Assembly: GCA_946965045.2 (NCBI GenBank)
Contig: OX337242.1
Location: forward strand, 2,480,001 to 2,544,000
Length of the DNA: 64,000 nt
Direction: 5' to 3'
Origin: Epithemia pelagica
Lineage: Eukaryota > Protista > Bacillariophyta
Numbering within the stretch: the first letter of the stretch is position 1; every line of letters begins with the position of its first letter. Under the pieces are notes generated by a model. That model was not told the origin of the DNA. It did not search any database and worked only from the letters and a program-made list of their open reading frames with translations. This document shows, in pieces, positions 1-11,716 of this stretch. The position numbers were made by a program, and so were the translations under genes.

Positions 1-23
1 GATCGATTGATTTTGACATTTGT

Positions 24-1406
24 TTGTGCAACGACATTGCCGTGGTCAATTCCTCCTTGATTCGGGAATATTGTGCCATGGACCCCCGGATTCCAGTCTT
101 GTGCAAATGTGTCAAACAGTGGGCCAAAGCCTGCGGCATTGCCTCCGCGGCAAACAATACATGGTCGTCGTACACGTGGACCAATTTGGTCTTGATTTAT
201 TTGCAACACGTACAATTCGTACCGAACTTGCAAACTCCATGGTTGATTCGACAAGTCATTCCGAACCAAGAAGGCGACAAGGACGACCAAGCAAACGGCA
301 CCAACGAGGACAAGCAAACAAACGACACAATGCCCAGCGTAGGAAAGGAAAAGAATCGATGGCATTCCATCAATAATTTGAATACCTTTTTCTTGACGGC
401 CGATCAAGCTGAAACTGTATGGGAACGACCCAGTCCGTGGACGGACCAGGTCACTGTCGCGGCCTTGTTGTTTGGATTTTTTGAGTTTTATGCCCTGGGA
501 TTGTTTCAAACTCCCCACGACAGTGAGCATGACAAAGACGGCACCATGAAGGTTCCTCAAAAACAAGAAACCACCAAACGTTCCACTCGATCATTCCCTC
601 TCTTTGTGATTGGTTTGCGAAGAACTCCTACGACGACGGGACGAGGCATGGACAAGGATCCAACAATGTCGTCGTCATCATTGGAAGGTCCGATGATGAT
701 TCCCAAGACAGTCTTTCGCCACTGCAAATGGTCCGGCTGGGCCATTGAAGATCCCTTTGAAACATATGATTCGCACTGTCCGCACAATTTGGGCGACCAT
801 GCCGATGCCAAGGGAATGGACCGTATTCAGTACTGCCTGGAGCAGCAATATCTGTATTTGCAAAGTCTACTGGAATCGTGGTTTCAAAGGCTGGCGACCG
901 AAAAGCCGTCTCGCAATCCGAAACAGAACACTGTGAATAACGATACGACATGGATGTGGACCGAGAGCAGTGCACAAAGCAAAAGCAACAACACAAAGAC
1001 AAGGGAGAAGGACAGAGGGGAAAGGAGTCGCAAATCCAAAGGTGCCTCCCAGGAACCGAACCAACACAAAGATCCACCCGGTACGACAAGCAAACGTACG
1101 GACCAAGTACAAGATCCTTTGCCGGCGGGGCATTCCAACCAACAACACAACAAACAGGACAGTCGTACAAGTACGGACCAACCAAGCAAGCACCCGCAAC
1201 CGTCCGAACCTGCATCATCACAGGGGCGTCCGGGAAGAGGACGTGGTGGAGACAAGAGAGGTCGTGGAGCAAGCGGTCGATTCAGAGGTGATTGGGGCCG
1301 TGGTCGTGGCGGAGGTGGCGGTCGACGCCTCCCGCACAAGAACAAGAAGAAACCAAAAGAAGATCCCGGACGCAACACCGTGGACCCAGAATCCTCTACA
1401 ACCTAA
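24..1406 (+). CDS. Terminal nucleotidyltransferase (Cid1/GLD-2/TUTase-like), 5'-partial; PAP-associated domain followed by a disordered tail with RGG repeats
   Basis: NDIAVVNSSLIREY...LCKCVKQWAK..GI..A.NNTWSSYTWTNLVLIYLQ and W.IEDPFET..HNLG match the non-canonical poly(A)/(U) polymerase family. The frame is open at the window edge. Confidence 0.8.
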   Translation: MCNDIAVVNSSLIREYCAMDPRIPVLCKCVKQWAKACGIASAANNTWSSYTWTNLVLIYLQHVQFVPNLQTPWLIRQVIPNQEGDKDDQANGTNEDKQTNDTMPSVGKEKNRWHSINNLNTFFLTADQAETVWERPSPWTDQVTVAALLFGFFEFYALGLFQTPHDSEHDKDGTMKVPQKQETTKRSTRSFPLFVIGLRRTPTTTGRGMDKDPTMSSSSLEGPMMIPKTVFRHCKWSGWAIEDPFETYDSHCPHNLGDHADAKGMDRIQYCLEQQYLYLQSLLESWFQRLATEKPSRNPKQNTVNNDTTWMWTESSAQSKSNNTKTREKDRGERSRKSKGASQEPNQHKDPPGTTSKRTDQVQDPLPAGHSNQQHNKQDSRTSTDQPSKHPQPSEPASSQGRPGRGRGGDKRGRGASGRFRGDWGRGRGGGGGRRLPHKNKKKPKEDPGRNTVDPESSTT

Positions 1407-1938
1407 GTGCATCTGATGGACATTCAACTCGTCATGGCATCGCTGCCGTCACGCGAATTGGTCTGGGACACATGACTTGCTATTGTACTCTGGGAATGGT
1501 GAAATATCTTCATCTGACTGATTATAGACCAAGTGTTTGAGGATTTAGCACCCTCATAGCCTTCCAAACGAAGATAGATCTTGAGAGAATCCTAAAAAAA
1601 TAGATCTTGTGGCAATGCGCAGAGAAACGGCGCGTCGCCCGACGGGTACTCGCTTTTCAAAAGCTTGTTGGTGGCAGGTTGGTCGCTCTGGAAGATCCAC
1701 GTGTCGTAGTACGTAGTATTGCAGGAATCTCTCCAAACTCAACATCCATCCATCAGATATACCAAAGACCTCTCTCGACATCTTGTGGATGCAAGAGAAA
1801 GACAAAAGAAGAGGAAGACGAGAAGGAGGACGTCCAACTAAAATACGGCAAGCCTCTCGCCTTGGTGGTCCCAAGATACAAAAGATTCACACACACGTCC
1901 CACGTCCCATTGTTCGTCTAGAAGCATTGAACCACACC

Positions 1939-3475
1939 ATGACACGTGCTTTTTCTTCCTCCGTTTTGCCCCTGATGCAGTATTGGCGTGGGATGCTGGT
2001 CTGGCTCTGCTTGTGGTGTGGTGGTCCGAACCATTTTTCTTCGACCGGGTGGCAACAACAACGATCTGTTGTTCATGCCTGGACGACGACGACCCCTGCC
2101 CGTTCCTCCCCCCTCTCTTTGTTGAGGAGGAGGAGGAGGAGTCGAACCACACCATTACCCCATTCTACCACGACAACAACCACCAGCACACACCGTGTCG
2201 TGTTGCACGCTTCGGCCGACTCTGAATCTTCCAACCACAAGAAGCAGTTGACACTCTTTAGTCCGAGCAAGATCAATTTGTTTTTGCGCATTGTTCGGAA
2301 ACGACCGGATGGCTATCACGATTTGGCCAGTTTGTTTCAAGCCATTGGATTGGGCGATCGATTGGACTTGGAATTGGTGGATTCCTCACAAGACGACGTT
2401 AATGAAATTGCCTTTACGTGCAACATGCCTGGTGTACCCGTTGATGAGACGAATCTGGTCGTGCGGGCCATTCGACTCATGCAATCCAAAACCAATACGA
2501 CGACCACATCCCAATTTGCGGCGCATTTGGAAAAACAAGTTCCAGCGCAAGCAGGATTGGGGGGAGGATCGGCCAATGCCGCCACGGCCATGTGGGGTGT
2601 CAATGAATTGCTGGGACGACCGGCCACCTTGGAACAGGTACGTTGTCGTTCTATTGTTGTTCTTGGTCCAGACAGAGACAGAGAGGTCTCTCCAACGGAG
2701 TCTATGGGCCTCGATGTTCTCATGGTTTGATATAGGGCTCTTCTTGTTTCGATGCATCATCAATCGTTTCCTCAACATGGCTGTATTGTATTTATACTGT
2801 TGTTGCGTGTTTCGGTCTATTGGGGAAATATTCGTGGGACGATAAATCCTATTGTACTCTTCTGTTTCCTGTTTCTTGCTTCTACGGTAGATGGTGGAAT
2901 GGTCGGGTGAATTGGGGAGTGACATTACCTTCTTTTTGAGTCGAGGAACGGCCTATTGCACCGGCCGGGGAGAAATTATGGACGCTCTTGATCCGCCCTT
3001 TGGTAGTACGCAAAAGGTGTGTATTGTCAAACCCGACATTGGCTTGTCCACACCGTCTGTCTTTCAAGCCTTGCAATACGATCAACTCAGTCCCCTGGAT
3101 GCCGACGAGGTCTTGTTGCCAGCCTTTTTGCAACACCCCGACGCGGTGACCCACGTCTCGTACGACTATTTTGTCAATGATTTGGAACCACCGGCCTTTT
3201 CCTGTATTCCAGCCTTGCAAACCCTCAAAGACGTTTTGTTGGAAACGCCGGGATTGGACCATGTTCTCATGTCGGGCAGTGGGACCAGTATTTATTGTTT
3301 GGGGGAACCCAAGGATATGGATACCTTACTGCAACAATTGTCCGAGGCCGCGCAAGCGTCGTCCTTGACGGTACAAGTATTTGGTACCGAATTTGTCAGT
3401 CGACCCGACCAGGAATGGTATTCCTTCCCCGCGACACCCACCACAGTCCACACGACTGCGGCGACGACCTCTTGA
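1939..3475 (+). CDS. ispE: 4-diphosphocytidyl-2-C-methyl-D-erythritol kinase, plastid-targeted; join(1939..2637,2891..3475)
   Basis: SPSKINLFLRIVRKRPDGYHDLASLFQ, PAQAGLGGGSANAA, LGSDITFF, NDLEPPAF and MSGSGTS motifs. A GT-AG intron at 2638-2890 joins the two ORFs in frame. Signal peptide followed by VHA|W resembles the ASAF-type plastid targeting motif. Confidence 0.93.
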
Positions 3476-3955
3476 CCGGAGAGAACAACATGCAGTTCTG
3501 AAACACCACACACATAAGTGTCGTACTAAAATCTGAATGTCTTTGACAGACCGCCGCTCTGGTCTGATATGTTAACTACAAGTGTGATTGTATAGAGAAT
3601 CTTTGAATCTCAGTAGAATCATTCTAGGTGGAGAGGACTCACTCATCCCATGTCCTTTTGCAATTATGCTCTAGCACAAGTGCAGTAATAGCTCTAGAGT
3701 AGTAGACAAACAGTTCAACGATTATTAATGTATACGTGTGAGTCGATAGATTCTAGTTCTCTTGACAACGACGACTTGTGGACAGTGTCCTTGGTATCCC
3801 TGAGCCATTCCTTTAATGGCACATGCAGCAGAAGTCTTGCTGCACCAACAATACACTATAGTAAATCTTGTGCCTTGACGATCCGTATCGGGTGAATTCC
3901 CTGGCTCTTCTCTCCGAGAGCTTATTGTGGCGAGTTGTATGGATGGTTGCCTTGT

Positions 3956-5305
3956 TTAATTGGTCTCGGCCACTCCAGCCGCCACCGCAAAAGGATTCCA
4001 CAAATCCTTGTTGAGGCCATTGGGCAACCATGGCTTCTTTTCTCCATCAAAATGCAAAAAGACGGCTTGGTCCAAACATTCTTGATTGGCCTGTTGGAAT
4101 CCCAAATCTCCGCAGTAGGCCGACACATCCAAGGGTCTCCATCCATAACCGGCTCCCAACAACATCATCATGGGTTGCGTTCCATACTTCCAGTGTCCTG
4201 GATCGGCACGCAAATGTTCGGCTTGCAAAAAGGTCAAACCCGTCTTGACCTTGCGAGCACGCCATTGTTCCAAATCCAAGAAAATGACACCATCGTTAAA
4301 GGATTGTCCTTCCAACTGCAGTGTCGTATTGAATCGCATTTCCATGAGGGCCGACAATTCTTGAGGGTGCATGTAAAAGCGACCAAAGCGAGCCTGTTCC
4401 ACAAAGGAACTCATAATCTCGTTGGAACCAGAATCTTGAGGAAAGGCTTGATTCCACACAGGCTGCAAGGGCTTGCGCAAAATGACATCGCAATCGGTCC
4501 AGACCACCTTTTGCACATGACTGGGCAAGATATCCGTCAAGTAAAAGCGAGCAAAGTTGAGGACGGTCGACAAGCGTCGGGCTCGTTGGACGTCACAGCC
4601 TTCCAATCCGGCACAGGCGGCCGATTGTTCGCCAGCCACCACCTTGACGAGACTTCGCGCGGCGGCGGCTTCGTCGGCCTTCCATTCCACACAGGCCGCC
4701 ATGGAGGAGTACCGGGGATGCACCAAATCGTGACAGGCCTCCCCGTCGGGACCGGGCAAGTGAATGACGTAGACAAAGGTGCGGGGAGAATTGGTTTGGA
4801 CCGAGGCCAACAAGGGCGCGGCGACCTTCATGGCCTTGGAGTCGGCGGCAATCGCCCAATGCATTGTGGCACTGGAAGAAGCGCTGCGCACGTAGGAAGC
4901 CAGGGGAGTCACATAGTAGGAAGGGCCGACAGAAGTTCCCGATTCCATAAAGAAGCAACACAAGAGGCCGAGTGTAACGGTAATCATACACAACCAGGTC
5001 CCTCTCTTGCGGTTAGTGGCACCATTCATGAGCCACGCACTGGAGAAACGCTGACGCTTGACATCCTTCTCCAATTGATCGTCTTGGCAGCACTGGCAGC
5101 CGCCATTTTCGTCCGCCAACAGGGGAGACGAGGTCGACGAAGACAGGGATCCTCCCATGTCGTCCAAGCCATCCGACACGGACGAGGTGGGACTGGGATG
5201 GCGAACGTCTTCCACCATGACCAAACTGGATTGACGCTTGGTAGTAGTGAATTTCTTGGTGGCCGCATTGGGGCTGGACGGATTCATATTTTGGTTAACG
5301 AACAT
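3956..5305 (-). CDS. Glycosyltransferase family 8 (GATL/galacturonosyltransferase-like), type II membrane protein
   Basis: N-terminal TM helix (WLCMITVTLGLLCCFFM), NFARFYL, DxD motif (WTDCDVI), FNDGVIFLDLEQWR, GTQP, LHFDGEKKPW. Confidence 0.85.
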   Translation of the reverse strand: MFVNQNMNPSSPNAATKKFTTTKRQSSLVMVEDVRHPSPTSSVSDGLDDMGGSLSSSTSSPLLADENGGCQCCQDDQLEKDVKRQRFSSAWLMNGATNRKRGTWLCMITVTLGLLCCFFMESGTSVGPSYYVTPLASYVRSASSSATMHWAIAADSKAMKVAAPLLASVQTNSPRTFVYVIHLPGPDGEACHDLVHPRYSSMAACVEWKADEAAAARSLVKVVAGEQSAACAGLEGCDVQRARRLSTVLNFARFYLTDILPSHVQKVVWTDCDVILRKPLQPVWNQAFPQDSGSNEIMSSFVEQARFGRFYMHPQELSALMEMRFNTTLQLEGQSFNDGVIFLDLEQWRARKVKTGLTFLQAEHLRADPGHWKYGTQPMMMLLGAGYGWRPLDVSAYCGDLGFQQANQECLDQAVFLHFDGEKKPWLPNGLNKDLWNPFAVAAGVAETN

Positions 5306-6568
5306 GATACTTCAAGGAAACAATCTGCCAACAATGATAACAACAACAATCAGAGCAAGAGATGTGAGACACAGAGTTCACGAGTATGCAAGATCAGGGT
5401 ATGATGACTCTATCAAGCTCTTTCACGAGATGTTTTTCTTCCAAAAACCACCTAGTGGTTGTCACACATCCAAAAACCCAACTGCCGACCAACTTGGAAG
5501 GAAGGAAACACCAAGATCGGGACTAGCGAGCCGCCGTCTCTGCCATGGTGACATGTATGCACACGAGTTTTCACACACAGTTTGGCAAAGCAACCTTCTT
5601 ACCTGTTGGATTCTAGTTTGGTTTTCAAAAAATAGTGTTTGGATTCTTCGTCGCATGATTTCCATTTAGTGAGAGGGGCCTGCCAAGGCATTGGCCTCTT
5701 GTTGCCGAGGCGCCGATCTTTTTCGCCTCCTTTGGCATTGCCTGCACTATACTCCTGAGCGCTATTCGCTTGAATTGAATCGGCGAATCCATTCCGTGCA
5801 TTTGGCTTTTTTCATTTATCCACTTCTCCAAAAGGAAAGGAAGGTCCGTGTTCACCATCGATGAGGCATCGGAAATTTCCAGGACCGGGCACCGAAAGAA
5901 TCCAAATCAGGCAGACGGTATCTTCCTGGGGGAAGCGGAGAAGGCACGAGGTTCCGCCACGGAGGTGTGTCCCGTGCTGAGACAACGTAGCAACAGTACT
6001 GGGCATACGCAGCTTCTGCTTCGTTCGCACAGTGCAGCCTCTGGTTGGACGCGCCGGTAGAACTGCGACAGCGACGGGATTCCCCTCGTGTCCACACAAA
6101 GACTTTTAGCAAACTAGCCTAATCTAGAACAAATAAGAGCCATGGCTATACTGGAGAACCTGATAGCACTGGGTTTTCTGATATTGATACGACAGCATTA
6201 CGAGAATTTTTTACACAACTAGGCGTGTCACATGAATTGGAAGGGACGAAACGATTCTAGTCTATCTAACAGTTTCTTATTATTTATTCCTTGGTACTTT
6301 CTGTCGCATACCTTTGTCAAAGCAGCTGCTGGCTTCGACGTGCGTTTGCTTTTTGTTTGTATTGGTGGGGGAAGTTGATGTGCGACACTTTCATCTGTTG
6401 CGTAACATCCCCCAAGAAAACAATTCCATGGATCACCGCTCAGGATTGTCTTTCTGTCGGACTGTCTGTGGGGGAAGTTCGACTGTGCCCCGTCTGTTCC
6501 GTTTCTAGCTAGGTAGTCGCTTTCTGGTCTCTTCTATCACGTCGGACTTAGAGGTCGCGTTTGATTCA

Positions 6569-7821
6569 TTGTGTGACGTCAAGTGTTTGAGTGATCACAT
6601 GCATACCTTTTATGGCGGTAAATCTCTCTGGCCGACGAAGTCTTTTGATGACCTTGTCGCTCTCAGTGCATCCGAAACGAGTGGTCCCATTGAGGAAAAC
6701 AAGAGTTTGTATTGGCATCCGTCTATTTACCATGTTGACGAGAATGGGAACTATCAAATTCAAGAAACGACCTTGAGTGTCTATTATATTTGGGACCCCA
6801 ATGACACTAATGTGACCGCTTTTCCTCCTGGTTTTGCCATGATTGCTGGACGAGGAGAAGAAATCGATACAAGAGCTGAATATGGAAATGCAATGACGAC
6901 GAATCCACGAATGTTCCATTTTTTCCTTCGGAACAGTGCATTGGAGAGTTCAACATTGGTTGCCGTATGCCCAACTGCTGGAACGGACAAGATAGGACTC
7001 CGAATGACGACCATGTCACGTATTCCGAAGAAGGCGGCAATGAAATTTCCGATCCTTGTCCAGATGGCTATTTTAAGATTCCCCAACTTTGGATTTTTAT
7101 CAATCTGATTGGCGATTACAAGGGCAGAACTCATGTGTTTACGGATGGTTCTCAGAAATTGCACATTGACTATCTCAATGGATGGGATGACGGCTCACTT
7201 GAACAGGCTTTGCGAAATTGTGATACCGGGTTCTTTTCTCCAGAGGGAGGGACAGTATGTCCTCAGTTTACATACAAGGCCGATGAACATCGAAATGTGG
7301 CGCCATTTCCAACGACCACTGAAATTTCTCCCGAAGCCGTGACGAATATTACCAGTTTGCAGCGCAAGTCTTCTTCTCCTCCTACCACCCCAGGAACTTG
7401 TCCCATCGGTGACGAGCCCCTTTCTGTATCTCCTTCCTCTCCGTCGGATGGTGGGTCTTCTACAGCTTCACCTACTTCATCTCCCACTTCGTCTCCCACT
7501 TCATCTCCGACATCTTTGCGAACGCCTTCCCCCACGGTCGCGGCTACTCCTTCCCCGACGGTCCCGACGGCGGATTCCACTGTGGAGTGTGACGAAGAAG
7601 CTTGCTTTACGGCATTTGACGAATGCGAAGGGAATTCCGAGACGTACTGTGACAATCGATTTTTCGACTGTGAAGATTTTTGCTTCGACGAAGAAGCGGA
7701 TGATCCAGCTTGCTTTGAAGAATGTGACGATTTATTGGATGACTGCATGGATATAGAGATTGGAGTTTGCGAAGCTGATGAAGCGACCTGTCTATCCGTG
7801 TGTGACGAGGAGGAACCCTGA
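6569..7821 (+). pseudogene. DUF1996 paralogue 1; lacks the N-terminal signal/HARVDPI segment and has a -1 frameshift near 6884
   Basis: Colinear with paralogue 2 from CLSDHMHTFYGG onward. The frame switches between RAEY (6881-6883) and KCNDD...GEFNIGCRMPNCWNG. Retains the PT/SP stalk and C-terminal 12-Cys domain. Confidence 0.7.
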
Positions 7822-8664
7822 TCCGGTGACCAGAACAAACAAAAAGAAACGGTGTTTGCTGAAGTAAAAAGACGTGTTGCCGTAACACCAGGCGGACATG
7901 CTGTGATCACCAATTGGCTCGTTGCAACGAAAACCAGATCCAAATGAAAGTAGAACGAAAAACAAAGTAATCCATTCCTTGATTGATCATGTTGTGTCGT
8001 TTTTGTGGTCGAAGCTCAAACCGCCGAAAGGCTATTTCATGATTGTTTGTACTGCTCATCATCAAAAGCACATCTATGCGGAACACATTTCCCTGCACCT
8101 ATTATGCGCCAAAATATAAGTCTCTCGAGTTCAAATTCCATTTGCATCCTGTTTTTGCTATGATCTCCAGTGGTTTTGGCTTCATGAAGATGGAGCGATT
8201 GACTGTTCCGTGGTGTGTGGTTGTTGGGTGTTGGGCGTTGTGGTTTATGCATTCGTTAGTCTGGCAGGCCAAGGCCCTACAAGTATGTGTCTCAAGTTTT
8301 CATCCCCCAAACTTTTGGACGCACTTCGGTCGCTTAAGATCCTCCAGGAGATCCTCTACTCCTACTCCTACTCTCTACGGTAGAGTAGGAGTAAGTAGCC
8401 ATTTCGAGTCCCGAGAGTTGAGACGAAAATAGATATGCCTTCTTTCTCGGGAACGCAGAACTCGGCAATACAAAAGATTTCTACTTAGCGCCGAGGTCTA
8501 GGGGGATAAATGAAACCAGGCTAAATTCTTCATCAGCTCCCGATAGAGATGTCTGTCACCAAATTTCTCATGTCCCAGTCCCAGCAGTCGTTTTGCTAGA
8601 GATGTGCTCCTGTGCTCACAATTTCCATTGGCAACAATCTGTGCTCCTGCTGCTCCTCAAGATC

Positions 8665-10287
8665 ATGAAACTACCTATCACCTCCAAGACGTTTGCCGGC
8701 CTGAGTGCCAGTATCATTCTATCCACCATTCTCACTCCTCATGAGGTTCATGCATCCGTGTTTGATCTGGGTTTTACCAACATTGGCCATGCCCGAGTCG
8801 ACCCAATCTTGAATCAGCAGTGCTTGAGTGATCACATGCATACCTTTTATGGTGGCAAATCTCTGTGGCCGACCACGTCGTTTGATGACCTTGTCGCTCT
8901 CAATGCATCCGAAACGAGTGGTCCTATTGAGGAAAACAAGAGTTTGTATTGGCATCCGTCTATTTACCATGTGGACGAAAATGGGAACTATCAAATTCAA
9001 GAAACGACCATGAATGTGTACTACATTTGGGACCCTGCCGATCCCAATGTCACGGCTTTTTCTCCCGGGTTTGCCATGATTGCTGGACGGGGAGGCGCGG
9101 ATCGAAGGGCAGAATACGACATGACGTGTAATGACACGGCGGCCCGTTCCTTCTTTCATCCGGAACCATGCACGAATGGAGAGTTCAATATTCATTTTCG
9201 CATGCCAAATTGCTGGAATGGGAAAGACAGGACTCCCAGTGACGACCATGTGACTTACTCGCAAGGTGGCGGCAATGAAGTCTCGGATCCCTGTCCTGAT
9301 GGCTTTACTAAGATTCCGCAACTGTGGATCTTTATTAATCTGCTTTCCGAATACAAGGGTGGTACTTACATGTTTGCGGATGGTTCTCAGAAATTGCACA
9401 TTGATTATCTTAATGGATGGGAAGAAGGGACACTCGAACAGGCTCTGCTGAATTGCGATACTGGAATCATGGATCCAGTTGGAGGGTCGGCCTGTCCTCA
9501 ACAGTTTACGTACAAAGACGATGAGGATCGAGACATAGCGCCCTTTCCGACGACCACGGAAATTTCTGCGGAAGCCGTAACGAATATTCCCAGTTTACAG
9601 CGCAAATCTCCCTTGACGAGCGCAGGAAATTGTTCTGCAGGGGATGAGCCCCTTTCCGTGTCGCCTCCTTCCAAATTGACTCCATCCCCAACTCTTTCTC
9701 CGACCGCTGTACCGACACCATCCGCGGCCACGCCACTGCCGACAGCAGCCCCTTCATTCAGGCCAACCTTGTCTCCCACAATGTCACCTACGCGTTCCCC
9801 CACTGCCTGGCCGACACCATCTCCCACGACGCGTCAGCCTACATTCGCCCCCAGTCTTCGGCCGACTCAATCTCCAACAACAGTCATACCCACTCGGTTC
9901 CCAACAACTACACCAACTTCTTCCCCGACCGATGCACCGAGTCATTCTCCGACAGCTGCGCCAACTCCATTGCCTACGACCGTCATGCCGTCCTCGTCAC
10001 CTACGGCTCGTCCTTCCTCCAACACTGCATCTCCATCCGAGTCCATCTTGCCGTGTGATGCACAAGCCTGTTTTGTTGCCTTTGATGAGTGCATGGGCCA
10101 TGTGCAGACGTATTGCGATGGACAAATTCTGGACTGTGGAGAGCTGTGCCTTGTGGAAGAGGACGAAGTGAATCACGATGCTTGCTTTGACGGCTGTCAT
10201 GATCAATTTGATGACTGCATGATCATGGGCTTTGGAATTTGTGAGGATGCCGAACTCGACTGTCTTGCTGTATGTGTCGAACCTTGA
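8665..10287 (+). CDS. Secreted DUF1996-domain protein with a Pro/Thr/Ser stalk and a C-terminal acidic 12-Cys domain
   Basis: Signal peptide (..EVHA|SV); HARVDPI..SDHMHTFYGG, ENKSLYWHPSIY, MPNCWNG, CP..IPQL, LHIDYLNGW are typical of DUF1996; PTxSP repeats. Confidence 0.85.
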   Translation: MKLPITSKTFAGLSASIILSTILTPHEVHASVFDLGFTNIGHARVDPILNQQCLSDHMHTFYGGKSLWPTTSFDDLVALNASETSGPIEENKSLYWHPSIYHVDENGNYQIQETTMNVYYIWDPADPNVTAFSPGFAMIAGRGGADRRAEYDMTCNDTAARSFFHPEPCTNGEFNIHFRMPNCWNGKDRTPSDDHVTYSQGGGNEVSDPCPDGFTKIPQLWIFINLLSEYKGGTYMFADGSQKLHIDYLNGWEEGTLEQALLNCDTGIMDPVGGSACPQQFTYKDDEDRDIAPFPTTTEISAEAVTNIPSLQRKSPLTSAGNCSAGDEPLSVSPPSKLTPSPTLSPTAVPTPSAATPLPTAAPSFRPTLSPTMSPTRSPTAWPTPSPTTRQPTFAPSLRPTQSPTTVIPTRFPTTTPTSSPTDAPSHSPTAAPTPLPTTVMPSSSPTARPSSNTASPSESILPCDAQACFVAFDECMGHVQTYCDGQILDCGELCLVEEDEVNHDACFDGCHDQFDDCMIMGFGICEDAELDCLAVCVEP

Positions 10288-11716
10288 TCGACCAGAGTAG
10301 GTAGTTGCTGCACTATCAGTTTGGCTTGATCCTGCTGCAACCAGCAGTTGGTCCATTCGAACCAAAGACGAGAGAGAGAGAGCAATTGAACGTAGAAAGA
10401 ATCCAAAAATAATTCATGTCTTGATGGAACATTTTGTTTTACTGTGTAGGAGAAACACAAAACAAATGGCCCCAGAGGAAGACTGCGTGCGGTTGCTGGT
10501 TGTCACAAACCATCCTATCGAAGTCGCGATCATGAGTACTGGACAGGCCATTCTCATCGATGGAAGCAGGAACCATTCCACCGAGGGCTGCCTCTCCAAA
10601 CAAGTTTCTGATTCTGGCATGGCCGATTTCTCCTTTTCTCCATCATCCTTGAATAAGGAATCATGTGTTTGGTGGTGTGATAGGCGTTTCTGGCCGCAAG
10701 AACCGTTTTTTTTTGCCGATCTTGTGGTGAAACGCCCTACGGAAAGTTAAAGGCAATACTTCCCAGGCACTGGTGATTACTCCTATTTAAGATCCTTCTA
10801 ATTGTGCCATTTGTTAGAAGCTGGTTGGTCGTCTGACAGGATGTCAAAAGGGGGCGGTGAGTTTATCTGTGTGATAGAAGGGGGTGAGACCCACCAAACA
10901 GGGGTCAATCTCCATTGTTCCCTTGCACGACGTGTATTCGTATTCGTAGCTTTTCCGTCTTCGGCTTCCCCCCCGATTTCCATTTTCCAAGCATCTCGAT
11001 GGTTTAAATAGTGAGTCCCGAAACCCTACTACGAGCTCCTACTACTCGTACGAGTCCTGTCCGCAGGCAGTTCGAAAGGTCCACGTCGTGTCGGCAGGGA
11101 CAAACAACGACCAACCAATGCGCCAGATGACAATCACACAAACTGTACACCCCATGTTCGGATCAGCGCACTTGTTGTCATGAGTCATGTCCGATCGATG
11201 TCCAAATATTCCGGCAAATGGATTTCTCCTACAATGCGAAGACCAGGGCTGTTGTCTTACCATTGAGCCGAGATGCCCGTGAAGAATGTCCAATAATTAT
11301 TTTCTAATCGTTAAAAACGTACATTACCATGTAAAATTGGTATCGAATACAAGCGCAAAGACAGTGAGGACACATCCACGAGTTGCCAAAAACCTCACAC
11401 ACAAACTACACACAAGCGAATGGCATAGTACACAGTGTCATTGCGCTTCCATCCGAACTCGATTCAGCAAGTGCCTCTGGGACGCCTCTCTCTCTCTCTC
11501 TCTCTTCGTTCATAGTATGATTCACATGCAAAGGATCACCGATCCAGGACCCCCATCACAATCAAGAACACCCCCACTATTATCAGCCACCTTGAACAAC
11601 AACTGATTGCACTGCATTCTTCTTGCTCGAAAGGTCACAATACGGACCGCAGCGCAATTTTCGCAATCGATTCGTTCCTCCTTTGACTTGTCGAAGCATA
11701 CTTTTCCAACAACATC

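Noticed and set aside
1783-1938. Start of ispE at 1783 and read-through to 2730
   Set aside because: The ATG at 1939 gives a proper signal peptide, and the 2638-2890 intron explains the ORF break.
3935-5404. 489-aa plus-strand ORF
   Set aside because: Antisense shadow of the GT8 gene with no recognisable motifs.
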